The notes beneath the pieces are model-generated. The model was not told where the DNA came from. It saw nothing but the letters and a program-made list of their open reading frames with translations, and made no database searches. Source: Chamaesiphon minutus PCC 6605 (GTDB lineage Bacteria; Cyanobacteriota; Cyanobacteriia; Cyanobacteriales; Chamaesiphonaceae). Taken from it: a stretch of 32,000 bases of DNA. How positions within the stretch are numbered: the stretch's first letter is position 1; each line of letters opens with the position of its first letter. Positions 18,181-29,600 of this stretch are shown piece after piece. Location: NCBI RefSeq assembly GCF_000317145.1, contig NC_019697.1, positions 5,785,889 to 5,817,888 on the forward strand, in the 5' to 3' direction. Made by a program: the position numbers and the translations under genes.

Positions 18181-19050
18181 ATGGGTGTGAGTGCAGAAGA
18201 CATGTTGCGGCGTGGTGCGGTGGCATGGTTGAAGTGGCGACAGCAGCAGCTAGAAGTGCCAGATTTGAGCGATGCTAGCTTAATGGATTTGAATTTGCGC
18301 GGAGCAGATCTCCACGATGTCAATCTCCGCCGTGCGGATTTGAGTGGTGCTAAGTTGGTAGCGGCCAACTTGAGGGGGGCAAATCTCAGTAATGCGATCC
18401 TCGATCGAGCGGATCTGGTCGATGCTAATTTACAATCGATCGAGACGATCGCGGGTAGTGCCAAAGGTGCCGATTTACGGCGCGCGAATCTGAGTGGGGC
18501 GAATTTGATGGGCAGTAACTTTAGCTACACCGATTTGCGCGATGCCCATCTTGCAGCAGTAAATGCGATCGCGATCGATCTTACTGCTGCCAAGTTACGT
18601 GGCGCGGATCTCGATGGGATTAATTTACATCGTGCCACGCTCAGTTATGCCAATTTAGTCCAAACTAATTTAGCTAATGCCGATCTGACTCGATCGATAT
18701 TAGCGGAAACAGAACTCGGTTCGGCACATTTATATCGTGCTAATTTGACCGAAGCGCGGCTGAGTCGCGCGCATTTAGTCAGTGTTTATGCCGTATGCGC
18801 CAATTTCGATCGAGCCATGCTGGCTAATGCCGATCTCTCGTGGGCGCAATTGAACAAAACTATCTTTACAGGCGCGCAGCTTCAGCAGACAAAATTGCGA
18901 GGTGCCAATTTAGCTGGTGCCGATTTAACTGGTGCCGATTTAACTGGTGCCGATTTAACTAGTGCCAATCTCAGTTATACCAATCTCCAGCAGACGATCT
19001 TGGCAGATGCCGATTTGACTGAAACGGTGTTTACGGGAGCGATTCGATAG
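18181..19050 (+). CDS. Pentapeptide-repeat protein
   Basis: Extensive A(D/N)LxxAxL repeats, e.g. GADLTGADLTGADLTSANLSYTNL. Starts 3 nt after the ccmP-like stop. Confidence 0.93.
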   Translation: MGVSAEDMLRRGAVAWLKWRQQQLEVPDLSDASLMDLNLRGADLHDVNLRRADLSGAKLVAANLRGANLSNAILDRADLVDANLQSIETIAGSAKGADLRRANLSGANLMGSNFSYTDLRDAHLAAVNAIAIDLTAAKLRGADLDGINLHRATLSYANLVQTNLANADLTRSILAETELGSAHLYRANLTEARLSRAHLVSVYAVCANFDRAMLANADLSWAQLNKTIFTGAQLQQTKLRGANLAGADLTGADLTGADLTSANLSYTNLQQTILADADLTETVFTGAIR

Positions 19051-19258
19051 AGATTAGGGGGACGCTTGCCTCCAAGAATTCTCGATCCTCTGACTTCTCA
19101 AGCTGTCAGTCATTTAATTTATTTGTCTTCTCCCCGCTCCCCGCTCCCCGCATTCAAGAGATCGAAAGGCAAGGGCAGCTCATCCACCAGATTTTACCGG
19201 ATTTACCACTCGACAGAGTGAAGTTATGAATTAGAGCACCCAATATCTCGATCTAATC

Positions 19259-20221
19259 ATGAACAAAGCTGTTATCGCTAGTATCGTCGCAGGCGGAATG
19301 TGGGGAAATATCGTGGCTCCGTCAGTGCCACCAGCAATGGCTCAAAGCCTTCCTAGCGTCCAACCAACAGCAACAACCCCAAATCCGATCGGGATCGAGT
19401 TATTAGATGCTGGAGCCGAACCTCGGCGAGAATTGAAATTTACACCAGCAATTAATAGTAAACAGACGATGACGATGACCATGGACATGTCGATGGAGAT
19501 GACCATCGGTGAAACACCGATTCCCAAGACACCGCTTCCCAAAATGGTCTTGAATGTGGATTCTACCGTCAAGCGTGTCGATCCTTCGGGCGATATTCAT
19601 TGTCAGTTTGCCTATAGCGATCTCCAAGCTATCGGTAATCCCGATACCGCACCAGAATTGTTGGCAGCCATTCAAAAGAGCCTCAAAAGTCTAGTCGGCA
19701 TCAAGCTAGACATGGTAATTGGCGGGAACGGACAGGTTAAGTCTAAAAAACTAATTATCCCCAAAACTGTCGATCCAAAACTGAAAAATCTTCTCGAACA
19801 ATTCGATCGATCGATGTCCGATCTGTCTACCCAACTACCGACAGAACGGGTTGGATTGGGTGCTAAATGGCGGATAAATAACTCGATAAAGATCTCTGGC
19901 ATCAATTTAGTGCAGTCGGCAACCTCTGAAATTGTCGAAATCGACAACATGGGAGTGAAAATTAAAACGCAGATGACCCAATCCGCGCCCCCACAAGACT
20001 TGAACATTCCAGGCACCACCCCAGACGTCAAAAGTCGGTTAACTTCGATGGCATCTAGCGGTGAAGGTAGCTATCTGCTACGCTTCAACTCGCTCTTACC
20101 CGTCACAGGCAAGTTCGCCGCCAAGACTGATAGCAAACTGTCCGTCCAATCTGGCTCCAAGGAACCACCCACCGATATGTCTACCAAAATCTCGATCGAT
20201 CTGGATTTTGATAGTAAGTAG
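19259..20221 (+). CDS. Exported hypothetical protein (DUF6263-like appearance)
   Basis: Signal peptide MNKAVIASIVAGGMWGNIVAPSVPPAMAQ; repeated MTMTMDMSMEMTI; beta-rich body LPTERVGLGAKWRI. Confidence 0.6.
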   Translation: MNKAVIASIVAGGMWGNIVAPSVPPAMAQSLPSVQPTATTPNPIGIELLDAGAEPRRELKFTPAINSKQTMTMTMDMSMEMTIGETPIPKTPLPKMVLNVDSTVKRVDPSGDIHCQFAYSDLQAIGNPDTAPELLAAIQKSLKSLVGIKLDMVIGGNGQVKSKKLIIPKTVDPKLKNLLEQFDRSMSDLSTQLPTERVGLGAKWRINNSIKISGINLVQSATSEIVEIDNMGVKIKTQMTQSAPPQDLNIPGTTPDVKSRLTSMASSGEGSYLLRFNSLLPVTGKFAAKTDSKLSVQSGSKEPPTDMSTKISIDLDFDSK

Positions 20222-20307
20222 GCTTTAGGCTTTAGGCTTTAGGCTTTAGGCTTTAGGCTTTAGGCTTTAGGCTTTAGGCTTTAGGCTTTAGGCTTTAGGC
20301 TTTAGGC
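20221..20307. repeat. (GGCTTTA)n heptanucleotide tandem repeat, about 12.4 copies
   Basis: Uninterrupted ggctttaggctttagg... beginning at the last base of the upstream stop codon. Confidence 0.97.
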
Positions 20308-20383
20308 AGCGTCGCTGCCGTGTTGGCAAGCAGATAACGAGCGTAATCTTACCCATTACCCATCCACCCATCTACTATTTTTT

Positions 20384-20414
20384 CAAGCAAATCCCGATTT
20401 GCTTGTTTTTTTTT
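20384..20414 (+). terminator. Strong rho-independent terminator
   Basis: CAAGCAAAT-CCCG-ATTTGCTTG followed by nine T. Confidence 0.88.
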
Positions 20415-20730
20415 GACTAGTTCTGGGAACAATAGTGATGTATGGATCGGGAACAGCTAAAATTTAGCTCTCGATCGGAGCTGAGTTTGTCGGAATAAGA
20501 TGTGGTGGATTGCGCTGCATTGAATACCTTTGACGATCTCGATCGCACCTATTTTATCGATCTCTATCTATAATAATTACCAAGTATTTACATCAGATTC
20601 TCGCCAAATTTAATTCACCTTAAGCTGCGGACACGCATCGATCGGCTATCGATTTTAAATATTTAATATATGAACGATTGCATGTAACTAACTAAATGAA
20701 TATCTTGAATAGAGTGATGGTGAACAGATA

Positions 20731-22023
20731 ATGTTGCAAGGTAGTGAAAAATCAGTCGAGCTTAGCTTTAAAGATCTAATTCTAGAACTAAAAAAGATTA
20801 AAACACAGTCTTTGAGTGGTAACTTGACTGTAAAAGTAGAAACCCACCCCAATTGGATGTTCTCATTTCGATTGGGACGTTTGGGCTGGGTCGATGGTGG
20901 CATTGAGCCAATTAGTTGTTGGCAAAGAAATTTAACTTTGGCCCAACTCGATTTACCTCCAGAGAAGCTAGCAGAAATTAATAATCCTAATAAGACTTCT
21001 TTAGATTCGCACGTTTTAGCAGAATTATTAGTTGAAGAACTAATCGATCGCGATAAGTGTGCTAATTTAGTTGCCAGAATGACTATCGAAAGTTTATTCG
21101 ATATCATTCAGTTCAGTCAGCATAGCGGCAATCGCTTATCTTATCAATTTAGTCAGATTGGAGCTAGTAATAGTCAGCTAAATCTAATTTTACCACTACT
21201 TGAAATCGAACCGATTCTGACTAAATCGATTCAAACATGGCAAGAATGGTCGAATGTAGGATTGGCAGCCTACGCGCCTAGTTTATTTGCCATTGTCTCT
21301 AAATCACTCGATGTTACTCAATTAGCAAACAACCCCGATTTGCATCATACCGTATTGTCGATCGATGGCAATCGTTCGCTTCGTAGTTTGGCAGCCAACA
21401 GTCGCCAATCGGTAATTAATTTCACGAGTACGCTGCTGCCTTTACTGCGTGCGGGTTTTATTAATTTATCGAGCCAATCTAAATCGAGAGTAACTAGAAT
21501 TAGTAGCTCAGATCTTACTACTAGCCAATTAAGCGGTCACCTCAGCAACCAACTGAGCAACCAACTAAGTAACCAACTAAGCAATCAAGTCGGCGATCGA
21601 TCTGGTATTCCCCAAAATCCACCCTTAGCAGCAATCCCATCAGAAAAACAGAGTCCATTAATTGCTTGTATTGACGATAGTATCTTGATTTATCAATCTC
21701 TCGAACGGATTTTGACAGAGCATGGCTATCGTTCGTATGGAGTGCAAGATCCGCTCAAAATTATGCCTAGCTTGATTAGAAACAAACCAGATTTTATTTT
21801 CTTGGATTTGTTGATGCCCATAACCAATGGGTATGAAGTCTGCGAACAAATTAGAAAAACGCCCAGTCTCAAACATATTCCCGTCATTATCTTGACTGGT
21901 AAAGATGGGTTGATCGATCGAATGAGATCGAAAATGGTTGGCGCGACTGGCTTTCTAGGTAAGCCAGTAGATGCAGATTCAGTTTTAAAAATGATCGATA
22001 AATATCTTGTTATAGGTAAATAA
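20731..22023 (+). CDS. pixG: PatA/PixG-type response regulator (PatA-like N-terminal domain + REC)
   Basis: N-term SLSGNLTVKVETHPNWMFSFRLGRLGWVDGG typical of PatA/PixG; C-term REC LIACIDDSILIYQSLE...FIFLDLLMPITNGYE...PVIILTGKD...GATGFLGKPVD. Confidence 0.8.
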   Translation: MLQGSEKSVELSFKDLILELKKIKTQSLSGNLTVKVETHPNWMFSFRLGRLGWVDGGIEPISCWQRNLTLAQLDLPPEKLAEINNPNKTSLDSHVLAELLVEELIDRDKCANLVARMTIESLFDIIQFSQHSGNRLSYQFSQIGASNSQLNLILPLLEIEPILTKSIQTWQEWSNVGLAAYAPSLFAIVSKSLDVTQLANNPDLHHTVLSIDGNRSLRSLAANSRQSVINFTSTLLPLLRAGFINLSSQSKSRVTRISSSDLTTSQLSGHLSNQLSNQLSNQLSNQVGDRSGIPQNPPLAAIPSEKQSPLIACIDDSILIYQSLERILTEHGYRSYGVQDPLKIMPSLIRNKPDFIFLDLLMPITNGYEVCEQIRKTPSLKHIPVIILTGKDGLIDRMRSKMVGATGFLGKPVDADSVLKMIDKYLVIGK

Positions 22024-22025
22024 TT

Positions 22026-22388
22026 ATGAGTCAGATTTTAATCGTTGAAGATAGTAAGTTAGAAGCAGATAAACTTAAGAAATGTTTGGAAGGACAAGGG
22101 TTTTCTATTCTTGTAGTTACAAGTGGTGAAGAAGCCGAAATTAGGCTTAAAACATTTAAGCCTAATTTAATCGTACTAGATGTGATTTTACCTGGTGAAA
22201 GTGGCTTCGAGCTATGTCGAAAACTCAAAACCGAACCCGCTACTCAAAGTATCCCGATCGTGATTTATTCGACTAAAGATAAGCAAATCGATCGCACTTG
22301 GGGAGATATGAGCGGTGCTGATGCTTATCTGAGTAAAACTGTCGATGAGCCAACTCTATTACAAACAGTCAATCGCTTATTGGGTTGA
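22026..22388 (+). CDS. pixH: CheY-like response regulator (PixH-like)
   Basis: QILIVEDSKLEADKLKKCLE...NLIVLDVILPGESGFELC...PIVIYSTKD...GADAYLSKTVD. Confidence 0.82.
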   Translation: MSQILIVEDSKLEADKLKKCLEGQGFSILVVTSGEEAEIRLKTFKPNLIVLDVILPGESGFELCRKLKTEPATQSIPIVIYSTKDKQIDRTWGDMSGADAYLSKTVDEPTLLQTVNRLLG

Positions 22389-22418
22389 AATAAGATTCAG
22401 ATTTATGAGTGATAAATT

Positions 22419-22943
22419 ATGAGTAAAATTATCGATCGAGCGTCACCATCTTCGAGCAGCCAACAACTGTTGGCTCGTCAATCTGAATCTGATGCCCAGG
22501 AGCGGTTTCTCGGTTTTACGATCGGCGATGATTTAAATGCTTTGATTCCGTTAATCGATCTTCAGGCGACTATCAAAATTTTATTGTCAGAAATTTTGCC
22601 AGTACCACAAATGCACGAATCATTACTGGGCATTATTAATTATGGTGGTAAAGCTACTTGGGTACTAGATTTAGCACATCTGATGGGTGGCAATGGTTAC
22701 CTCAAGACCCCAGAGTTGACAACTGGAATGGGGATGTTATTTCAGATCCACAATGAAACGGTCGCCATGTTAATCGATCGAGTCGGGACGATCGAAACAT
22801 ACAATTTCCAACAATGCTTGCCGATTGGTGAAACCATGTTTACCGAGCAAATGCGGCTATTTTTAGCTGGCTATTTTATCGATGAGAAACAACAGTCGCG
22901 AGTAGTTATCGATCTTCAGCAGGTAATTCGCGCCATTATTTAG
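22419..22943 (+). CDS. pixI: CheW-like coupling protein (PixI-like)
   Basis: FLGFTIGDDLNALIPLIDLQATIKI..ISEILPVPQMHESLLGIINYGGKATWVLDLAHLMG; CheW fold and operon position. Confidence 0.78.
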   Translation: MSKIIDRASPSSSSQQLLARQSESDAQERFLGFTIGDDLNALIPLIDLQATIKILLSEILPVPQMHESLLGIINYGGKATWVLDLAHLMGGNGYLKTPELTTGMGMLFQIHNETVAMLIDRVGTIETYNFQQCLPIGETMFTEQMRLFLAGYFIDEKQQSRVVIDLQQVIRAII

Positions 22944-23028
22944 ATTGAAATAGTTACATCGAAAGAATACCTAAACCTATCACGATTCGGTAGATAAAAA
23001 CTAGTAGTTATTACATAAAAATATTGCC

Positions 23029-26000
23029 ATGTTAAAAAATATCTTTAGTTCGGCAGACGATCGCTCCGACAAAGCTACCGATCCTCTCAATCCTGTCACT
23101 CTACCTTCACAACAACCGATGTCTAATCCAGATCGCGCTGCCATGACTAGCACTAATACCAAGCAACAATTATTATCGCTACTTCAAGAGACTCAGGCTA
23201 AGCTTGAAACCGCCAATAGTCCCAACTCCGAATCACTGCGCCAAAACATTCGCAAAGCCAGAGAATTAGCCGGATTTTTGACCGTACCGGGTACCAATCC
23301 GCAGCCGCAGAGCGCGCCTGCATCTGCGGGAATCGACCCCGAAAAAATTTATCAAATCGCAACTAGAATCAGACAGGCTACATTACCGCTAGCGGCATTC
23401 AATAGTGCGGTTGCTGATATCAAAGCATTGCTCAATGCCGATCGCGTCCTGATTTACCAGTTGACTGGAGCTGGCATGGGTCGGTCGATCGCTGAAGCCG
23501 TCCAAACAGGCTTGACACCCACCCTCAATACCGAAATCCCCCAAATTGGCTTTGGCTTCGAGCAACTTACCGACGAGCGCACCCAACGGACGATCGCGTT
23601 AATTAATAGCGAAACCAGCCCTTACCAAAAGCAAATTTTGGAACAGTACCAGGTGCAGGCGACAATTGCCGTACCGATTTTAATTAACGGTTACTCGGCA
23701 GCTACCGATAGCTATAGCTTGGGTAGAGTCTGGGGTTTATTAGTCGTCCATCAATGCGATCGCCCGCGCATGTGGTCGGAAGCGGAAACCACTTGCCTAT
23801 CGCAATTATCTCTAGAACTGACGCTGGCAGTCCAGCCCAATCAACCCCTGCTGCAATTATCCCAACGCCGCGACCTGTTAGCTGCGATCGAGATCGAAGC
23901 ACAGGAATTGATGCAGACTACCCTCGACAATATCCGCCACAACCTCCAAGCCGATCGGGCGATGGTTGTCGCTTACAATCCAGACTGGAGCAGTACTGTT
24001 ATTGCCGAATCTGTCGGCGTCAACTGGGCCAAAGCGGGCACCTCACTAGATTTAGATTACTCGATTAATAACGAGAATTACAAGCCTTATTACGTCGTCA
24101 ACGACATTCAAGCCAAAGGATTCGATCGCTGCTTATTAGAATCCCTCGAACCGCTGCAAATGAAAGCGTACATCGTGGTTCCAGTCTTGAAAAACAACCA
24201 ATTGGTCGGCATGTTGGGCATCTACCAAAACTCTGGCGCGCGCAACTGGCAAGAGTCCGAACTCAATGCTATGCTCGAATATGCCAAAACATTTAGCTTC
24301 CCGATCCAGCAAACCACCAGCCGCCGTCTCGCCCAGTTTCAGACCAAAAAAATGGAGCAGCGGCTGCAACGGGAACGGGGACTCTCCAAACTCCAAGAGC
24401 GGCTCCGCAGTGCTAAAGATGAGAAAACTGTCTTTCAAGTCGCCACTCAAGATGGACGCAAATTGCTCGAAACCGATCGATTAGCGATCTATCAGTTCGA
24501 TCCCGATTGGGGCGGTCGCTTTATCGCCGAATCCGCCGCACCGGGATGGGTAGACTTGATCGAAACCGTCCATATCGTCCAAGATACCTTTCTTCAACGC
24601 ACCCAAGGCGGTCGGTACAAAGATGGCGAATGTTTTGCCGTCGATGATATCTACACCGTCGGTCACCAAACTTGTCACGTCCAACTATTAGAACAGTTTG
24701 AAGCTCGCTCTTATATGCTCGCGCCGATCTTTGGTGCCGATCGCAAACTGTGGGGACTAATTGCGGCTTATCAAAATGCCCACGTCCGTAAATGGCAAGA
24801 AGAAGAAGTCGAAACCCTGCGTCAAATGGGTCTGCAAGTCGGGATTGCCATCGAGCAGATCGATTATATCAAGCAACTCCAAAAACGTGCCGATCAAGAG
24901 CAAACCATCAACCGGATTACCGAGCGCATCCGCCAATCGCTAGTCGTCGATGATGTCTTCGCTAGTGTCGTTCAAGAAATCCGCCAAGCCTCCAAAGCCG
25001 ATCGCGCGGTTGTCTATCAGTTTAATGAAGATTGGAGCGGTCAAGTTATCGCCGAATCTGTCGGGAGTGGCTGGGTATCGCTGTTAGTCGAGCAAGCTAA
25101 AGATGAAGTCTTAGCAGGCAACCGAGCGACTAACGATCGCTGCATCCTCCGCAAATGGGCGCAAAAAGATATCACCGAAGAAGATACTTACCTCCAAAGT
25201 ACCAAAGGCGGTAAATATGCCCAAGGTTCCAAATCGACCGCAGTTGATGATATTTATGCCAAAAACTTCCCCGATTGCTACATTCAGTCGCTCGAAAAAT
25301 ATCAAGCCAAAGCTTATATCCTCGCACCGATTTTCAAAGGTGGTAACCTCTGGGGTCTGCTCGGTGTTTACCAAAATGATGCACCGCGCATCTGGGATGA
25401 CTCCGAGCGTTCGGTCATCGAACAAGTCGCCCTCCAAATTGGCGTTGCGCTGCAATTAGCTGAATACCTCGAACGCGTTCGTACTCAAGAACAGGAACTC
25501 TCCCAAATTGTCGATCGAGAGCGCGCTAACCGCCAAGAATTGGAACAAGAGGCTCTGCGAGTCCTCAAAGCGATCGGACCCTCCTTCCGAGGCGATTTAA
25601 CCGTCCGTGCGCCGCTATCTGAAACCGAGATCGGCACGATCGCCGATGGTTACAATACCACCATCCAAAGTCTGCGCGAACTAGTGCGCCAAGTTCAGAC
25701 CGCCGCGATTAGCGTGAGTGAGACTTCGAGCGAAAACAACCTGTTGGTTAACAATCTCTCGGCTCAAGCACAACAAGAACTCGAACAACTCGATCGCGCC
25801 TTGGTGCAAGTAGATCTGATGGCCGCTTCTAGTAAAGAAGTTGCCGAATTTGCCCAAAAAGTCGAACAAGTCGTCCAATCGGCCAACCGCACCGTTCAAA
25901 ACGGTGACACGTTGATGGAAAGCACAGTGGAAGAGATTCTGGAAATCCGCTCCACCGTATCGACAACTGCTAAGAAAATCAAACGTCTGGGTGAAACCTT

Positions 26001-26526
26001 CCAGAAGATTTCTAAAGTTGTCAACCTGATCGAAAACTTCGCCACCCAAACCAACCTACTCGCACTAAATGCTTCGATCGAAGCCACCCGTGCGGGTCAA
26101 TACGGTAAAGGTTTCGCAGTGGTCGCCGATGAAGTTCGCTCCCTGGCTTACCAATCTGCCAATGCAACCACCGAAATCGAACGCTTAGTAGATGAAATCC
26201 GGATCGACACCAACGACGTTACCGAAGCCATGGAAATCGGGATCGCTCAAGTCGTCCAAGGCACCAACTTAGTCAACGAAACCAGACAGAGCCTCAGCGA
26301 GATCGTAGTTGCCACTGGCCAGATCAGCGAACTCGTCAAAGCCATCAGTCAATCTGCGGGTACTCAAACCAAACAGTCCCAAAAACTGAGCGAAGCAATG
26401 ATCGACGTCGCCACGATCGCCAATCTCAGCTCCGACAGCGCACTCCAAATCTCCGAATCTTGTCAACAGCTCATTGCCACTTCGCAAGTGTTGGAGACTA
26501 GCGTGAGCCGATTTAAGGTGGACTAG
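23029..26526 (+). CDS. pixJ: Multi-GAF methyl-accepting chemotaxis protein (PixJ-like photoreceptor)
   Basis: Four GAF modules; canonical-position Cys in three (TGC 24130, TGT 24673, TGC 25276): [43 protein letters not shown]-like segment and MCP hairpin [35 protein letters not shown]. Confidence 0.82.
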   Translation: MLKNIFSSADDRSDKATDPLNPVTLPSQQPMSNPDRAAMTSTNTKQQLLSLLQETQAKLETANSPNSESLRQNIRKARELAGFLTVPGTNPQPQSAPASAGIDPEKIYQIATRIRQATLPLAAFNSAVADIKALLNADRVLIYQLTGAGMGRSIAEAVQTGLTPTLNTEIPQIGFGFEQLTDERTQRTIALINSETSPYQKQILEQYQVQATIAVPILINGYSAATDSYSLGRVWGLLVVHQCDRPRMWSEAETTCLSQLSLELTLAVQPNQPLLQLSQRRDLLAAIEIEAQELMQTTLDNIRHNLQADRAMVVAYNPDWSSTVIAESVGVNWAKAGTSLDLDYSINNENYKPYYVVNDIQAKGFDRCLLESLEPLQMKAYIVVPVLKNNQLVGMLGIYQNSGARNWQESELNAMLEYAKTFSFPIQQTTSRRLAQFQTKKMEQRLQRERGLSKLQERLRSAKDEKTVFQVATQDGRKLLETDRLAIYQFDPDWGGRFIAESAAPGWVDLIETVHIVQDTFLQRTQGGRYKDGECFAVDDIYTVGHQTCHVQLLEQFEARSYMLAPIFGADRKLWGLIAAYQNAHVRKWQEEEVETLRQMGLQVGIAIEQIDYIKQLQKRADQEQTINRITERIRQSLVVDDVFASVVQEIRQASKADRAVVYQFNEDWSGQVIAESVGSGWVSLLVEQAKDEVLAGNRATNDRCILRKWAQKDITEEDTYLQSTKGGKYAQGSKSTAVDDIYAKNFPDCYIQSLEKYQAKAYILAPIFKGGNLWGLLGVYQNDAPRIWDDSERSVIEQVALQIGVALQLAEYLERVRTQEQELSQIVDRERANRQELEQEALRVLKAIGPSFRGDLTVRAPLSETEIGTIADGYNTTIQSLRELVRQVQTAAISVSETSSENNLLVNNLSAQAQQELEQLDRALVQVDLMAASSKEVAEFAQKVEQVVQSANRTVQNGDTLMESTVEEILEIRSTVSTTAKKIKRLGETFQKISKVVNLIENFATQTNLLALNASIEATRAGQYGKGFAVVADEVRSLAYQSANATTEIERLVDEIRIDTNDVTEAMEIGIAQVVQGTNLVNETRQSLSEIVVATGQISELVKAISQSAGTQTKQSQKLSEAMIDVATIANLSSDSALQISESCQQLIATSQVLETSVSRFKVD

Positions 26527-26567
26527 GGAATAGGGAATAGGGAATAGGGGATAGGGAATAGGGATTA
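26526..26567. repeat. (GGGAATA)n-type heptanucleotide repeat
   Basis: agggaatagggaatagggaataggggatagggaataggga directly after the pixJ-like stop. Confidence 0.9.
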
Positions 26568-26650
26568 GACAAATAGGACGGACGCTAGCGTCCTAAACCT
26601 AAAGACTCAAACCTAAAATCCTATCCTCTATCCCCTAAGTATCCCTAACC

Positions 26651-26694
26651 TCTAACCCTTCCCCTATCCCCTATCCCCTATCCCCTATCCCCTA
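26651..26694. repeat. (CCCTATC)n heptanucleotide repeat
   Basis: tctaacccttcccctatcccctatcccctatcccctatcccctaa directly before the cheA-like ATG. Confidence 0.9.
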
Positions 26695-26695
26695 A

Positions 26696-29600
26696 ATGAC
26701 CACCGACGATCTAGATTTTCAAGAGTCACTCGATCGATACTTTGAGATCGAAGCGGCGGAATTATTACAAACGATCGAACAAACACTCCTGAGTCTGGTT
26801 CAAGAAAAAACGATCGAGCGCGTCCATACTCTCATGCGTGCAGCGCATACGATTAAGGGTAGTGCGGCCAATTGTGGTTTCAAAACGATCGAAACGATCG
26901 CCCATCACCTCGAAGATGTCTTCCAGGCACTATATCCACCCGAATTAGAGATCGATCCCGAACTGGGACTGCTCTTAATGGAAGGTTACGATTGTCTGTA
27001 CGATCCTTTGAGCGCGTTGTTGGCGGGAGTTCCCTACGACGAAGCCGCGACCCTCGAGCGAACGGCAGCATTATTTGCGAGGTTACAAACTCATTTAGGC
27101 GACTTTTTTGGGCGAGAGACACCATTACCGACCGCCGCCGAACTCGGTTTTGATGTAATCGGCTCGATTTTTACCGATAGCATCCCACAAGATCTCGAAG
27201 ATCTCTCGATCGCGATCGCCAGTCAAAATGTGGGTAGGGTAAAAGAGAGTCTCAACTCGTTAGCCGAATTTTTATTGGAGTTGGGTGGCTCTTATAGTCT
27301 CCCTGGTATTGCGGCGATCGCCAAGACGACGCTAGCCGCTGTAGAGCGTCATCCAGGCAGAGTGCTAGAGCTAGCACCGATTGCCTTGGCCAATTTTCAA
27401 CAAGCCCAAATCGCGATCGTCGGTGGCGATCGATCGGTTGGTGGTGAAGTATCATTTGAATTAGCAGCTTGGGGTGACTCTCAGACCCTGACAACAGCTC
27501 CAGCCACAGATGAATCTAGTTCCGCCGAATGGTTATCGTTAGTCGATAACGACACTACCACCGCCAAAGCCCCGACTGCCGAATCAAATGCTTCAGAATG
27601 GCTCTCCTTAGTCGATAACGATACTACCACAGCAGCCACAACTACGAGCGATGCGGCTGCTTCGGAATGGTTATCGTTAGTCGATAACGACACTACTACC
27701 GCCGAAACCACGACTGCCGAATCAAATGCTTCGGAATGGCTCTCCTTAGTCGATAACGATACTACCACCGTAGCCACAACTACGAGCGATGCGGCTGCTT
27801 CGGAATGGTTATCGTTAGTCGATCGTGACACCACTCCCGCCGAAACCACGACTGTCGAATCAAATGCTTCGGAATGGTTATCGTTAGTCGATAATGACAT
27901 TACTCCGGCTGAAACTACAACTACGAGCGATGTGGCTGCTTCGGAATGGTTATCGTTAGTCGATAACGACACTACTCCCGAAATTTACGACGAACCGCAA
28001 GAGCACGCTCGATTGCATCAGATCGTCGATGCCGATTTAGAGATTGTTGAGATTGGAGCGTTCGAGCCAGATCGGACAGAATATCTCATCGAAGCAACCG
28101 ATAGCTCGCAATTGGCGCATATCTCTACACCCAACTCCCAGCTAGCTCTGACTACTCAATCGGGAATCGATCGCATTTTCCAATCGATTTGGCTCGGACA
28201 GCTAGAAGCCACTGCCGAAGACCTCAATCCGCCAGCACCAGAGCGGATGGTACCAGAGCGCGAAGCAGCACCCGATGCGCTAGTAAGCGTGCGCGTAGCC
28301 ACAGTCCAACTCGAACGGCTCAGTCATGCCATCGGCGAACTGACGATCGACGATAACCAACAATTCCTCCGCGCCGAGCAATTACAAAGACTCGCCCAAT
28401 CTACCGTCGAACAATACCGTCGCTGCGAGCAAAAGCTGCGTCTAGTCAGCGATTGGGCCGATAAAAATGCCGCGATCGACGAACGCCAAAAACTGGCATC
28501 GCGGCGCAAACAATCTACCAAAAATAAAACTAAAAAAGGCAAAAAAGCAGCCAATGAGATCGTCGCTCATTTCGATAGTCTCGAATTAGATGTCTATAGC
28601 GACTTGAGCATCTCGATCCAAAATCTCACCGACGAGCTGGCCGAACTCGGCCTCAAGGTAGGGAATTTGGCAGAAATGACCCAGAGAGCGCGGATGACCT
28701 TGGGCAAACGCAAGCAAATCCTCGCTGATGCCCAGTCGGAACTATTTGAAGCCAGAATGGTGGAAATTGCTGGCGTCCTCAATCGCTTCCCGCGCTTGCT
28801 CCAGCAAATGGTCGCCTCTCATCGCAAACCCGCCCAATTACAACTGATCGGTAGCGAAGTTTCGATCGATAAAATTATCGCCGAAAAACTCTACGATCCT
28901 TTACTCCACCTAGTTAGGAACGCCTACGACCACGGCATCGAATCGCCAGAAATTCGTGCCAGCCAAGGTAAAGCCCCGATCGGACAATTGACGATCCAAG
29001 TCTATCACCAAGGCAACCGCACCAAAATCGAAGTCAGCGATGACGGCCAAGGTTTGAACTGGGATAAAATTCGCCAGCGCGCGATCGATATGCACCTACT
29101 GCAAGCCAGTCACGCGGCAACCGAAGCCGAGTTGGCCGAAATTATGTTTGCTCCCGGATTTTCGACCGCTGACAAAGTTAACGATCTTTCCGGTCGCGGC
29201 ATTGGTTTAGACGTCGTCCGCGACCGAATTGGAGCCTTACAGGGCACGATCGACGTGCGCTCTGTCGCAGGTCAAGGCACCACCTTTGTGATGCAATTCC
29301 CCCTCAATCTCACCACCACTCGGTTGATGATTTGTGAGTCCCAAGGCTTCGTCCATGCCCTGCGAGCGGATGCCATTTCGCAAGTATTACTGCCCTCACC
29401 CGATCGAATCGTCTCCCAGTCCTTGCTTTCAGACAAAGATTCTTCCACATTTTTACGCTGGGGCGAAGGAGCCGAACAGAAATTAATTCCTATTTATGCA
29501 GTCAATAGTCTCCTCGACTATCGGTGCCAAATCGTCGCTGGCGATCTTAGTGCCAGCACGCTGTTCCCCATCCAATCCAAACACAGCACCAACGCCTTAC

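Noticed and set aside
26880-27125. Short ORFs on both strands inside the CheA gene (26872..27153, 26880..27125)
   Set aside because: Alternative-frame readings of a GC-rich conserved coding region.
27481-27972. 163-aa minus-strand ORF with repeated VVVSLSTNDNHSEA
   Set aside because: It is the antisense reading of the CheA-linker tandem repeat; the plus strand carries an intact conserved kinase.
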